A stretch of DNA of 64,000 bases from Candidatus Omnitrophota bacterium (GCA_021108075.1 JAIORP010000100.1:7783-71782), one strand, 5' to 3'. Positions 20,376 through 30,678 are shown, numbered from the stretch's first letter. Made by a program: numbers and translations. Notes: a model not told the origin generated them from the sequence alone.

Positions 20376-20876
20376 TAGAAAGCAACTGATTGATACCAAT
20401 TCCATTAAATAATGACCAAAACCAATTCTGTTTTTCTCGACGATTTAGCGAGAAAAGCAGAATTAAGATAGAACAATTTATTAATGGATTTGGTATGATT
20501 TGATGGTTAAGACGTTACAGATGAAGGCGCAAAAGTTATTGGGTTTCAGGGTCAACAAGAAGCATTGGATTGCGTGGGTTAGCACGATATAGACTTAGTT
20601 ATTACAGACATCTCTATGCCGAAAATTCAAGGGACGGATTTGTTTTTTTAGAATGAGGAAGCTGAATCCTTTCCTCCAGGTCATCATTATCACGGCCTGT
20701 CTGAGCTTAAACAATATAATTTTGATGTTGGATCTGGGGCAGGAGACTTTATCATTAAACTATCTGAGATGGATGATCTGGTATCTGTCGTGCAAGAAAA
20801 ACTTTCATGCATTAACCTCTGGAAATCTTTATGGAAAGAATGGTTAAAGTATAAAAAGCCACAACTTCAATTATAA
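20371..20876 (+). pseudogene. Degraded single-domain response regulator interrupted by a MITE
   Basis: Reconstructable receiver motifs DD..., DIDLVITDISMP, VIIITA, LGAGDFIIK; in-frame TAG, about three frameshifts and a MITE insertion; last frame stops just before the cheA ATG. Confidence 0.8.
20394..20495 (+). mobile_element. MITE family A, copy 3 (flanking TGA duplication)
   Basis: Same TIRs and internal hairpin; TGA on both sides; removing it restores the receiver reading frame. Confidence 0.88.
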
Positions 20877-23846
20877 ATGGAGATGAATATGTCTGAGGGA
20901 CAAAACGAATTTCTTTCTGAATTTTTAGATGAAAGTGAAGAGCATTTGGCCGTTTTGAACGATAAGATGTTGGAGGCTGAATCTTCAATCAAACAAGGCA
21001 CGGATATGTCTGATGATGACCTAAACGCGATGTTCCGTGCCGCCCATACGATAAAAGGAACGGCGTCTTTCATTGGTTTGAATAAGGTCATTAACTTGAT
21101 GCACAAAACGGAAACCTTATTGCAGCACTTGCGTAACAGAGAAATCAATTTAACCGGTGAGATTGTTGATGTGTTGTTTTCATCTTTTGACTCGTTAACA
21201 TCTTTACTGACGAGTTTAAGAGAATCCGGTGAAGAAGCGGGTGAGATTGAAAATGATGTCGCGAAAATTGAAATGATTTTAAACCAATGTCTCGGAAGGG
21301 CTCAGGACGCTGCTAAAGAAAGAAAGGTAGCTGAACCGCAAGCAGCCGAGTCCCAAGAATCTGAAGAAAAATCATCAGAGCCCCAGGCCGTGGAGGCTCC
21401 TGCTCCGACAGGTCAAGCGCAAGACGTGTTGATTGAAGAACCGGGAGCGGAGGGTGTAGCCCCAGAGCAGGAGGATGAACCCCGGGACGTGGAGCCAAAG
21501 ATAAACAATAAATATTTACAACAATTTCTTGATGAGCTTGATCAAAATATTGCAGATTTTGAACGGTGTTTGCTCTCATTGGAAGAACAGAATGATGATA
21601 AAGAGATGATCAATAACATTTTTAGGCACATGCATACGATTAAAGGTTCTTCCGGCGTTATTAATGCTCAGAAAATCACAAATGTTTCACATAAAATGGA
21701 AAATGTTTTATCTTATCTCAGAGACCGAGAGGGGAAGGTTGATCCGGGTTTGATCGCACTGCTATTTAAAGGCCTGGATGTGATTGGCAGCTTATCGGAA
21801 GCGTTGAAAACTGTCGGTCATTTATCGGGAGTGGATATTACGAAAGTTTGTCAGGAGTTGGATGATTGCCACGCAGTGCTGATTGGCGCGGAAGATCAGA
21901 ATGTTTCCATCGCATCTGGAGCTGATGGGGAAGTCATTTTTGATGAGGAGGTCACGGCGTTTTTCGAAGGGCATCAGTTATCGGAGATGGAACACGAACG
22001 GTATCAGGAGGCTTTTAAGCAGCAGAGCAATATCTACAATGTCAAAATTTCATTTGATGATAGTGTTATTTTGCGGAGTATGAAAGCGATGATTGTGGAA
22101 GAACGATTGAAAAAGAGTGGTGTGCTCATTGGGACACGACCGCTCTTGGAGGCCTTAGATGAGACTGATATGAAAGTTTATTGTGGATTTACTGTCGCGA
22201 CAAATAAAAAACACAATGAGTTAGAAACATTGTTATCTTTGGCTGGCGTGCAGATTATTTTTTCTCAAACAGTTGATATCGAAAAAGTTAAAGGTATAAT
22301 AGTGAAGGCCGAGCAAGCCTCCAGACCTCAGAACAAAGTGAATGTCGAAGAGGGGGTGTCACGTTCTGTTGAGTCAAGGAAAGGAGCATCGATGAAAAAT
22401 CCAGTAGAAGAAAAATTAATGGCAGCTTCTAAGTCTGTGCCATCGGATATCTCCACCATCAGAATAGATTCCCGTAAATTGGACAATTTGATGAATCTAT
22501 CCGGAGAGCTTGTCATTATCCGCGCACAATTTGCCCGCCTTGTGAATTTATTTAATAATGATGTCGCCAATCAAAAAGAAACTGTGCGGATTATGGAAAA
22601 CATCGAACTGTATTTTGACACGATTAAGAAAGAAATAAATGATATCAATGGATCGGCAAAAGAAAATGAAGTTGATGATAAAGGTGTTTCAAGAATCCAC
22701 AAGGTCATTACTGAAATGATGACAATCTTCGGTGACCTCAATAAAATGGTCCTTAATAATGACATCATTGAAAATATACACGCTCTTGATGAAACGACAA
22801 GCATGTTAGAAAAGATTTCTTCTAATATTCAATCAGGGGTTATGCAGACACGGATGATTCCTATCGAAGGCGTATTCACCCGGTTTAAACGGATTGTTCG
22901 CGATATCTCTAAGGAAATCAATAAAGAGGTCGATCTAAAGATTGAAGGTCAAGAGACTGAATTGGATAAGAAGATCGTTGACGGGCTGGGTGACCCGCTT
23001 ACGCATATGATCCGTAATTCTGTTGATCATGGAATAGAGGATAATCAGACCCGGCAAGATTTAGGAAAAACACGGGTAGGTTCGGTCTACCTGAAAGCCT
23101 CGCATAAAGGCAATAATATTTGTATTGAAGTCGGGGACGATGGCAAAGGCATCGATTGCGAGAAGCTGGTCGAGAAAGCATTGGATAAAGGTTTAATAAC
23201 CGCCGAACAAGTTGACCGCATGAGCGAAAAAGATAAATTGAACCTGGTTTTCATGCCCGGGTTTAGCACCGCCGAGCAGGTTACGGGTTTGTCCGGTCGC
23301 GGCGTTGGCATGGACGTTGTCAAGAATATGATCAACTCTGTGAATGGTGTTGTTGATATTGAAACCAAATTAGGCGAGGGAACAAATTTTATGTTAAAGA
23401 TCCCGTTGACCCTGGCCATCATTCAAGCCTTATTAGTCACAATCGGAAGTGAGATTTATGCGTTCCCATTGGAAACTGTAACTGAGATCATCAAAGTCTC
23501 CAAAGAAGACATTTATTCTGTCGACAGGAATGATACTGTTAAGATACGAGACCATGCTTTGAGTTTGATCGAGCTGGAAAAAGTCATAAAGATCAAGCGT
23601 AAAGAGGAGAAGTCTCAAGATGAAGAAAAGAAGAAAAAACGAAGTCGGAAAGTTGTTATTATAACGGATGGAGAATCTCGTCTCGGTGTTGTTGTTGATG
23701 AATTAGTCGGAAAAGAGGAAATCGTTATCAAATCTTTTACAGAGCACTTTTCACGAGTCAAGGGTTTAACCGGGGCCTCGATTTTAGCGGATGGGACAGT
23801 GGCCTTAATATTAGATTCAGCAACCATAATAAGGGAATCAAGATAA
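20877..23846 (+). CDS. cheA: Chemotaxis histidine kinase CheA with two Hpt domains
   Basis: FRAAHTIKG and FRHMHTIKG Hpt motifs; LDNLMNLSGELVI; HMIRNSVDHGIE; SGRGVGMDVV; C-terminal CheW-like domain. Confidence 0.95.
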   Translation: MEMNMSEGQNEFLSEFLDESEEHLAVLNDKMLEAESSIKQGTDMSDDDLNAMFRAAHTIKGTASFIGLNKVINLMHKTETLLQHLRNREINLTGEIVDVLFSSFDSLTSLLTSLRESGEEAGEIENDVAKIEMILNQCLGRAQDAAKERKVAEPQAAESQESEEKSSEPQAVEAPAPTGQAQDVLIEEPGAEGVAPEQEDEPRDVEPKINNKYLQQFLDELDQNIADFERCLLSLEEQNDDKEMINNIFRHMHTIKGSSGVINAQKITNVSHKMENVLSYLRDREGKVDPGLIALLFKGLDVIGSLSEALKTVGHLSGVDITKVCQELDDCHAVLIGAEDQNVSIASGADGEVIFDEEVTAFFEGHQLSEMEHERYQEAFKQQSNIYNVKISFDDSVILRSMKAMIVEERLKKSGVLIGTRPLLEALDETDMKVYCGFTVATNKKHNELETLLSLAGVQIIFSQTVDIEKVKGIIVKAEQASRPQNKVNVEEGVSRSVESRKGASMKNPVEEKLMAASKSVPSDISTIRIDSRKLDNLMNLSGELVIIRAQFARLVNLFNNDVANQKETVRIMENIELYFDTIKKEINDINGSAKENEVDDKGVSRIHKVITEMMTIFGDLNKMVLNNDIIENIHALDETTSMLEKISSNIQSGVMQTRMIPIEGVFTRFKRIVRDISKEINKEVDLKIEGQETELDKKIVDGLGDPLTHMIRNSVDHGIEDNQTRQDLGKTRVGSVYLKASHKGNNICIEVGDDGKGIDCEKLVEKALDKGLITAEQVDRMSEKDKLNLVFMPGFSTAEQVTGLSGRGVGMDVVKNMINSVNGVVDIETKLGEGTNFMLKIPLTLAIIQALLVTIGSEIYAFPLETVTEIIKVSKEDIYSVDRNDTVKIRDHALSLIELEKVIKIKRKEEKSQDEEKKKKRSRKVVIITDGESRLGVVVDELVGKEEIVIKSFTEHFSRVKGLTGASILADGTVALILDSATIIRESR

Positions 23847-24340
23847 TGGATCAAACAACGGTGAAAAAGGAAATTATCGTCGGTATGGCTGACCTTAAAG
23901 TTAGTAAAGCACCTGATATTATTACGACCAGTTTAGGTTCCTGTATTGGCGTTTGCTTATATTCTCCGACTCAAAAGGTTGGAGGAATTTTGCATTTGAT
24001 GATGGCTTATGCTGGTCCGGCAGCGCAGAGAGAAGGATTTAAAAAAGCGAAGTTTGCGGATACGGGTATCCCTGAGTTAATCCATCAGTTGCAAGCCATC
24101 AATTCTTCCGGGCCGAAAGACTATGTTGCCAAAATTTTTGGCGGAGGAAAAATCTTACATGGCATCGTCCGAAATATCGGGGCTGATAATGAATCGGCAG
24201 TGCGCTCGATATTGAAAGATTTAGGGATTCGTATTGTAGCTGCCAGAACAGGCGGGGGAAAAGGTTATCGGATCAGTTTAAATCTTGACACGGGAAAAGT
24301 TTCATGTCGAATTTTTGGAGCTGAAAGTGAGGAGTTTTAA
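23846..24340 (+). CDS. cheD: Chemoreceptor glutamine deamidase CheD
   Basis: LGSCIGVCLY, GGILH, KFADTG, AKIFGGG. Confidence 0.92.
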   Translation: MDQTTVKKEIIVGMADLKVSKAPDIITTSLGSCIGVCLYSPTQKVGGILHLMMAYAGPAAQREGFKKAKFADTGIPELIHQLQAINSSGPKDYVAKIFGGGKILHGIVRNIGADNESAVRSILKDLGIRIVAARTGGGKGYRISLNLDTGKVSCRIFGAESEEF

Positions 24341-24342
24341 TT

Positions 24343-24948
24343 ATGACAGATAGATTAAAGGTCGATAAAGCTTTAAAATTGATAGCCAAGCTTAGTATAG
24401 ATAAGTCATCTCAGGTTTTGTCTAAAATGATTAAATCCGGAGCTCGAATAGATTTGGAGAATGTTTGTGTCGTGGATATCACAGAAGCGACAGAGAAAGT
24501 CATCGGTCAATCGGATCAGGAAGTCGTCGGCGCCTTTATCGATTTAGTCGGCGATGCTCCGTTTAAGTTTTTATTTTACGTGAATGTTGCCGATAGCCTC
24601 GTGTTAACCGATTTGATATTAAAGAGAGAGATCGGCATGACCAAAATTTTCGATGTTTACGCGCAGAGCGCGGTTCAGGAGATGGGAAATATTTTGTCGA
24701 GTGCCATTTCGAATGTTTTTTCATCAGATTTTCAGATATCCATGGCACCCACACCGCCAACAGTTATCAATGATTACGCGAGTACAGTTTTTACAGAGTA
24801 TATTATGTCTGTTGCTGTAGATAAGAATGAAATTCTAATCATTGAGAGTGTTTTTAATATTGTTGCGACTAATATTGGATGCCGGATGTTTATTTTACCT
24901 GTTGGGGAAAGTGAGAAAATTCTTTCTTATGTGGCTAGTACAATGTAA
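24343..24948 (+). CDS. cheC: CheC-family phosphatase
   Basis: SAVQEMGNI (ExxN) motif and PTPP; adjacent to cheD; first ExxN site not evident. Confidence 0.8.
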   Translation: MTDRLKVDKALKLIAKLSIDKSSQVLSKMIKSGARIDLENVCVVDITEATEKVIGQSDQEVVGAFIDLVGDAPFKFLFYVNVADSLVLTDLILKREIGMTKIFDVYAQSAVQEMGNILSSAISNVFSSDFQISMAPTPPTVINDYASTVFTEYIMSVAVDKNEILIIESVFNIVATNIGCRMFILPVGESEKILSYVASTM

Positions 24949-24984
24949 TTGCAATCAAACTATCTAATCGGAAGAGGTGATTTT

Positions 24985-25353
24985 ATGGCTAAGAGAATAA
25001 TTGTTACAGATGATGCTCCTATCATTCGGCTTATGTTAAGAGATATATTGACCTACAATGGTTATGAAGTCATAAAAGAATGCAATAATGGGCAAGAAGC
25101 TGTGGAAGCATTTACAGAACTTAAGCCGGACTTGATGACCTTGGATATTGTTATGCCGGAGAAAGATGGGATTCAAGCATTAGAGGAAATTTTGACGGAT
25201 GATGACAGCGCTAAAATTGTTATGGTTACGGCCGTCGACCAGAGAGAAGCGCTGATGAAGGCCATCCGTATCGGCGCAACAGATTATATTGTTAAGCCTT
25301 TTGAAAACGATCGTGTTTTATCCGCAGTTCGGAAAGCCTTATGCGAGGATTAA
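24985..25353 (+). CDS. cheY: Chemotaxis response regulator CheY
   Basis: TDDA, MTLDIVMP, MVTA, YIVKPF; GAGGTG RBS before ATG 24985. Confidence 0.88.
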   Translation: MAKRIIVTDDAPIIRLMLRDILTYNGYEVIKECNNGQEAVEAFTELKPDLMTLDIVMPEKDGIQALEEILTDDDSAKIVMVTAVDQREALMKAIRIGATDYIVKPFENDRVLSAVRKALCED

Positions 25354-25356
25354 ATT

Positions 25357-26550
25357 TTGAATTTTGCGAAGTCTAAAGTCCTCATTGTTGACGACACCTA
25401 CGTTAACAGATCTATTTTGCGAGAACTGTTAACAATTTCACATCCTGAATACGACATTGTTTGCGCGGTCGGTGGCCGTGAAGCCTTACAAATGGTTCAG
25501 GATATCCCCCCTGATATTATTCTCCTTGATGTTATGATGCCGGACCTTGACGGTTTTGAAGTTTGTAAAATTTTAAAATCAGACGATCGATACAAAAATA
25601 TCCCCATTATCATTATTACGGCTCTTGATAATATTGATCAAAAAATAAATGGGTTTAAACTCGGCGCTGATGATTATATCCCAAAGCCTATTAATGAGGA
25701 TGAAATTAAGGCTCGCGTTGAAGCTCACCTGAGAATTAAGAAATATCAAGATGACTTAAAGGATGCGAATAGAAAATTAAAACGGGCGCATAATGCATTA
25801 TTAGAGAATGCGAAGATGTCGGCTGTCGGCTCTTTCGCGGCAGGGATTTCACATGAATTCAATAATATTTTGACTATGATGGGTGGATACACACAATTAT
25901 CTTTGAAATCGAGGGATGTTGATGAATTGTTGGAGAACAACAAAGTTGTCGATGAACTGGTTGTTCGCGGTAAGGAAATCATTGAGGGTTTGTTAAGTTT
26001 CGCATGGGAGGATGAATATCACAAAAAGTGCAAAGCGAACATTATTGATTTGGTCGAACGGGATTTATTGTTATTGAAGAAATTTATAAACGACGGCAAT
26101 ATCAAGATTGTTAAGGAATATGAAGAAATACCGGATGTTTTCTGCTGGGCGAGTCAGATGTCACAAGTCTTTATTAACATTATCAAGAATTCCATTGATT
26201 CGATGTCCTCAGCGCCAGAAAAAATATTAACCATAAGAATTTATCCGGCAGATGTCGAGTTTTACATGCAAGGGAAGGATAAAAATTTTATCGTTAAGAA
26301 GAAATGTGTCGGCATTGATTTGTCAGACACAGGTTGCGGTATCCCGGAGAAAGTCAAGAAGAAAATTTTTGAACCTTTCGTTACAACCAAAGGTGTGTTC
26401 GGCGGGGGCGATAATACAACTCCTGGAACCGGCTTAGGGCTATCCATCGTCTATGGGATCGTTAAACGGCACAAGGGTATCATTGTTTTCAATAGTAAAG
26501 AAGGCGAAGGGACGATGTTTAAAATTAAAATACCTGTAAAGTTAAACTGA
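25357..26550 (+). CDS. Hybrid receiver-histidine kinase (REC-HisKA-HATPase)
   Basis: LLDVMMP receiver; GISHEFNN H-box; N-box; DTGCGI; FEPFVTTK; GTGLGLS. Confidence 0.92.
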   Translation: MNFAKSKVLIVDDTYVNRSILRELLTISHPEYDIVCAVGGREALQMVQDIPPDIILLDVMMPDLDGFEVCKILKSDDRYKNIPIIIITALDNIDQKINGFKLGADDYIPKPINEDEIKARVEAHLRIKKYQDDLKDANRKLKRAHNALLENAKMSAVGSFAAGISHEFNNILTMMGGYTQLSLKSRDVDELLENNKVVDELVVRGKEIIEGLLSFAWEDEYHKKCKANIIDLVERDLLLLKKFINDGNIKIVKEYEEIPDVFCWASQMSQVFINIIKNSIDSMSSAPEKILTIRIYPADVEFYMQGKDKNFIVKKKCVGIDLSDTGCGIPEKVKKKIFEPFVTTKGVFGGGDNTTPGTGLGLSIVYGIVKRHKGIIVFNSKEGEGTMFKIKIPVKLN

Positions 26551-26619
26551 TCTCCATTCCGCCTCACGAGTTTTCCGCTTTCCAGTTATAAATAATGGCC
26601 AACATAATGAGATAAAATA

Positions 26620-27468
26620 ATGAACGCGATACTGCTAATTTCATGCCCTGACCGGAAGGGAATTGTTTACACTGTTACAGATTTTATTTTTAAGAATAAC
26701 GGCAACATCCTCGATGCGGATCAGCATATTGATGATCAAAGCAATATTTTCTTTATGCGTCTCGAGTGGTCCTTGGTTGACTTTGGTTTAGGGAAAGATG
26801 ATATTATTCCGGCTTTTTCTGCCATCGCCGAACGATTCTGCATGCAATGGAGTATTGTCTTTTCTGACCAAACACCAAATCTCGCGATATACGTGTCACG
26901 GCACTTGCATTGTCTGCAAGATTTGTTGGCGCGGTATCAATCCGGCCAATTGCGTTGTCATATCCCATTGATCATTAGTAACCATAAAGAGGCTGAGAGA
27001 ATAGCACGTTTAAGTGACATGGATTACTTTTATGTCCCGATTACGCCTGATAATAAAATCGAACAAGAGCAGCGTCAAACAGATATTCTTGCAAAGTATA
27101 GAATTGATGTTATTGTATTAGCTAGATATCATCAGATTTTTACGGGTGAATTTGTTGCCCGGCATGAAAATAAGATGATCAATATCCATCATTCTTTTCT
27201 TCCTGCTTTTGTTGGGAAAAAACCGTATAATCAAGCATATGAAAAAGGGGTTAAACTTATTGGTGCGACCAGTCATTATGTGACAGGACAGTTGGATCAG
27301 GGCCCTATTATTGAACAGGATACTGTTCGGATAAGCCATCGTGATGCGTTAACAGATCTGGTCAGAAAAGGGGAAGATTTAGAAAAAGTTGTTTTAGGCC
27401 GGGCTGTCCGGTTTCACCTGGAAAGAAAGGTTTTGGTTTATAACAATAAGACAGTTGTATTTGATTAG
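26620..27468 (+). CDS. purU: Formyltetrahydrofolate deformylase
   Basis: N-terminal ACT domain (SCPDRKGIV); INIHHSFLPAF; GVKLIGATSHYVT; LDQGPIIEQ. Confidence 0.95.
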   Translation: MNAILLISCPDRKGIVYTVTDFIFKNNGNILDADQHIDDQSNIFFMRLEWSLVDFGLGKDDIIPAFSAIAERFCMQWSIVFSDQTPNLAIYVSRHLHCLQDLLARYQSGQLRCHIPLIISNHKEAERIARLSDMDYFYVPITPDNKIEQEQRQTDILAKYRIDVIVLARYHQIFTGEFVARHENKMINIHHSFLPAFVGKKPYNQAYEKGVKLIGATSHYVTGQLDQGPIIEQDTVRISHRDALTDLVRKGEDLEKVVLGRAVRFHLERKVLVYNNKTVVFD

Positions 27469-27485
27469 ACTGAACGGCAACTGGG

Positions 27486-28883
27486 ATGAGTGAGTTATGT
27501 ATGAAGCTTAAATTTATTATTCTTTTAAGTTTATCCGTAGTTTTTAGCTTGCTGAGTTTCTGCATTGGATTGACTCCGAAACAATCCGTCATCATTGGCA
27601 TTTTTTCGATGTCCATCCTTGGCACGTTATTCTTCTGGGATTTTCGTTTGAGTTTTGTTTTTATCGGCAGCGGGGTCTTTTTTCTTTTGAATGTCGTCCA
27701 CTTGGATGAATTTATCGAATACGCGTCCATTGATGTTATTATTTTCCTCGTGTCGATGATGATCATTGTCGGCATGATGAAGGAGGCGGGTCTTTTTACG
27801 TGGTTGATCACGTTAGTGCTAAGGGTCAAGAACCTGACCGGGCGGAAGATGGTCGTTCTTATCATGGTCAGTTCGGCTGTTTTTTCAGGATTAATGGATG
27901 AAGTGACTTCGATCATTATTGTGACGACGGTCATCCTGAATATTTGTGACTTTCTGGAAGTTGATCCTAAGCCGCTTGTTATTGCTTCTGTCTTAGCAAC
28001 TAATATCGGTTCAGCCGCGACCGTTCTGGGTAATCCTGTTGGCGTATTGATTGCCGCTCGTAGTCAGTTGTCTTTTGAGGATTTTATCATTCATGCCGCT
28101 CCGTTATCAGCCGTGGTGCTAGTTGTTACGATCTGTATTGTATTGTATTATTACCGGAAGTACATTGACGTCTTATCAGAAAAAATTATTCCTTTTCAAG
28201 ATGATAAATCTTTTTTATACCTCATCTCCATTCCTCCGGATAAGCGGACGAAAGTTAGTATTTACATATTTTTCGTAACAATCGCTCTGATCGCTATACA
28301 TAAACGGTTAGAGATGTTGTTGGGGCTGGAGCACAATACTTTGTTGATTATGCTTCCGGTTATTTCAGCCGGATTTGTCATGATCTACCGGCATGATAAA
28401 GCGCGGCATTATGTCGAACATGAGGTGGAATGGCCGTCATTGCTGTTTTTTATGTTTCTTTTTGCTCAGGCCGGGGTCATTCAATCTTCAGGGATCGCGG
28501 ATTTCTTCTCGCGCAAGATCCTGACTTTAGCTGGAGGTTCTGTCGAAGTCCTTGCCGGTATTATACTTTTTTCAAGCGGGATATTATCGAGTGGTTTGGA
28601 TAACGTTGTTACGGTTGCTTCAATGGTTCCCGTTGTTCAGAGCTTAGACGCCGTGCACATCAACTTAAAACCACTGTGGTGGGCTTTGTTATTCGGTGCT
28701 TGTTATGGTGGCAATATTAGTATGATCGGCTCAACAGCGAATATTGTTGCCCTTGGTTTGTTAGAGAAAGAACGTGATATACGCATAGTTTTCCTGGATT
28801 GGTTGCGAATTGGCTTTCTCATCGGTATTGTTGGCATGTCCATTGCCTATTTGGCGATATTATTTATACCCATTTATTTGTAA
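27486..28883 (+). CDS. ArsB/NhaD (SLC13/CitMHS-like) ion transporter
   Basis: Multi-TM; ATNIGSAATVLGNP, LDNV, GGNISMIGSTANIV. Confidence 0.85.
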   Translation: MSELCMKLKFIILLSLSVVFSLLSFCIGLTPKQSVIIGIFSMSILGTLFFWDFRLSFVFIGSGVFFLLNVVHLDEFIEYASIDVIIFLVSMMIIVGMMKEAGLFTWLITLVLRVKNLTGRKMVVLIMVSSAVFSGLMDEVTSIIIVTTVILNICDFLEVDPKPLVIASVLATNIGSAATVLGNPVGVLIAARSQLSFEDFIIHAAPLSAVVLVVTICIVLYYYRKYIDVLSEKIIPFQDDKSFLYLISIPPDKRTKVSIYIFFVTIALIAIHKRLEMLLGLEHNTLLIMLPVISAGFVMIYRHDKARHYVEHEVEWPSLLFFMFLFAQAGVIQSSGIADFFSRKILTLAGGSVEVLAGIILFSSGILSSGLDNVVTVASMVPVVQSLDAVHINLKPLWWALLFGACYGGNISMIGSTANIVALGLLEKERDIRIVFLDWLRIGFLIGIVGMSIAYLAILFIPIYL

Positions 28884-28910
28884 TTTTTAAACTCATTTAT
28901 TTTATATCTC

Positions 28911-29435
28911 ATGATTGTATTTGAAGTTGTTCAAGGTGATATCACAAAGCTTAAGGTTGACGCCCTTGTTAATGCGGCAAACACTTCCCTGCTTGGTGGA
29001 GGAGGAGTGGATGGCGCCATCCACAGAGCCGCGGGATCAGAGCTTTTAGATGCCTGTCGAACATTAGGCGGTTGTTCGGTCGGCGACGCGAAGATCACAA
29101 ACGGTTTTCAACTGTCAGCCCGGCATGTGATACACACTGTCGGTCCCATTTGGAGGGGTGGCCAGCATAATGAAGAGGGCTTGTTAGCGAATTGTTATCG
29201 TCGTGCGATTGAGGTCGCAACACAAAACAAGTTGAAGACGATAGCGTTCCCCTGCGTCAGTACCGGAGTTTATCGGTTCCCGAAAGCTTTAGCCGCACAG
29301 ATTGCCGTTGACACCGTTTATGATATCGTTCAGCATCAAAATATGTTTATTGCAAAAGTTATCTTTGTGTGTTTTGATTTGGAAAATTTTATGATATATC
29401 AGAAATTATTATCTTCTCACAGGGAAAAGAGTTAA
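28911..29435 (+). CDS. Macrodomain O-acetyl-ADP-ribose deacetylase (YmdB-like)
   Basis: GDIT, VNAAN, GGGVDGAIHRAAG, HTVGP, STGVYRFP. Confidence 0.93.
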   Translation: MIVFEVVQGDITKLKVDALVNAANTSLLGGGGVDGAIHRAAGSELLDACRTLGGCSVGDAKITNGFQLSARHVIHTVGPIWRGGQHNEEGLLANCYRRAIEVATQNKLKTIAFPCVSTGVYRFPKALAAQIAVDTVYDIVQHQNMFIAKVIFVCFDLENFMIYQKLLSSHREKS

Positions 29436-29439
29436 GGAT

Positions 29440-30141
29440 ATGGATTATTTTGAGCAGAAGGCGGATCCGATCCCTTTGAGAAATTTTTTTAAAGATTCTT
29501 TTGTTTTTTATCGTCGCAATATTTCGATTTTTTTGCCGCTGGGGTTTATTTATGGTTTCTCGCAAATGCTGGCTGACAATATATATTTTTCGGACGAGCA
29601 ATTCTTAGGTCTGCGACTTTTTATTCAGATTATTATCAATTGTATCGCGACAATCATTGTTATCTATACGACCTTCGCCTTGGGTCAGGGGTTGGCTGTG
29701 GGGATCAAAGAGTGGATGGCGATTGTCAGGCAGAAGCTGTTGTTGTTTACGGGCATTTCTTTGATCAGGATGTTTTTTGTCGGATTGGGATTTCTTGCCT
29801 TTTTTTTGCCGGGCTTGTATTTAAGCACCATTTTTTTGTTTGTTGAGGTTATCGTAATTTTTGAGTATACGGATGTTCAAAGTGTTTTTCAAAAGAGTGT
29901 GGTTTTGGTTCATCATGTTTTTCGAAAAGTTTTTTCTTTCTTGATGATTATTATTTCCTGCGGAGTTTTGTTTATTCTGCTATTCTCCAATCTTAATGAA
30001 CAGAGCCCATTACTGGGAAAGGTCTTAAGCGTTTCATTTTTTGTTTTTTCCCCCGTGTATATGCATATGGCTATTACACTTTTGTATTTGCGGATTAAGC
30101 AGATGAATGTTGTGGGTCAAAATAGTGAAACTTGTACATGA
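29440..30141 (+). CDS. Hypothetical multi-pass membrane protein
   Basis: About six hydrophobic segments; FFLPGLYL motif. Confidence 0.7.
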   Translation: MDYFEQKADPIPLRNFFKDSFVFYRRNISIFLPLGFIYGFSQMLADNIYFSDEQFLGLRLFIQIIINCIATIIVIYTTFALGQGLAVGIKEWMAIVRQKLLLFTGISLIRMFFVGLGFLAFFLPGLYLSTIFLFVEVIVIFEYTDVQSVFQKSVVLVHHVFRKVFSFLMIIISCGVLFILLFSNLNEQSPLLGKVLSVSFFVFSPVYMHMAITLLYLRIKQMNVVGQNSETCT

Positions 30142-30160
30142 AACTAAGAAGGAGGCGGAA

Positions 30161-30658
30161 ATGGATTGTCCTGTTTGTCAAAAAGCGATGTCGGAACAAG
30201 ATTTTGGCGGGATCAAAGTGGATGTTTGTGCTGATGGATGTAGAGGCATCTGGTTTGATTGGTTTGAACTAGAAAAGTTAGACGAAACGCATGAAGGTTT
30301 AGGCGAGGCCTTGAAGAATTCATTGGAAGGCACAAGGGAGCAAGACGAGTCCCGCGGGCAAATCAATTGTCCCCGTTGTCAAAAGCCGATGATTGGGCAT
30401 TTATACAAAGCCGCTAAAGATGTGACGGTTGATGAATGTTATTTGTGTGGGGGATTTTATCTGGACGCTGGAGAATTAAAGGCGATTCGTGATAGTTTCA
30501 TGAATGAATCTCAGCGTGAGCAGTTTGTGAAACAAATATTAGATCAAACGACAGAATATCAACAAGCCCAAGAGGATTTAAAGAAAATAAAAGCCCGTTC
30601 AGAAGCATTAAGCAGAATGACACGTGTCTTACGGGTATCGGATTACTTCACGAAGTAG
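30161..30658 (+). CDS. Tandem zinc-ribbon (zf-TFIIB-like) protein
   Basis: CPVC...VDVC..GCRGIWFD and CPRC...VDECYLCGGFYLDAGEL; AGGAGG RBS before ATG 30161. Confidence 0.85.
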   Translation: MDCPVCQKAMSEQDFGGIKVDVCADGCRGIWFDWFELEKLDETHEGLGEALKNSLEGTREQDESRGQINCPRCQKPMIGHLYKAAKDVTVDECYLCGGFYLDAGELKAIRDSFMNESQREQFVKQILDQTTEYQQAQEDLKKIKARSEALSRMTRVLRVSDYFTK

Positions 30659-30678
30659 AAAAGATCGTTGGCAAGATG

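Noticed and set aside
20653-20847. 64-aa ORF as an independent gene
   Set aside because: It is a frameshifted fragment of the receiver pseudogene
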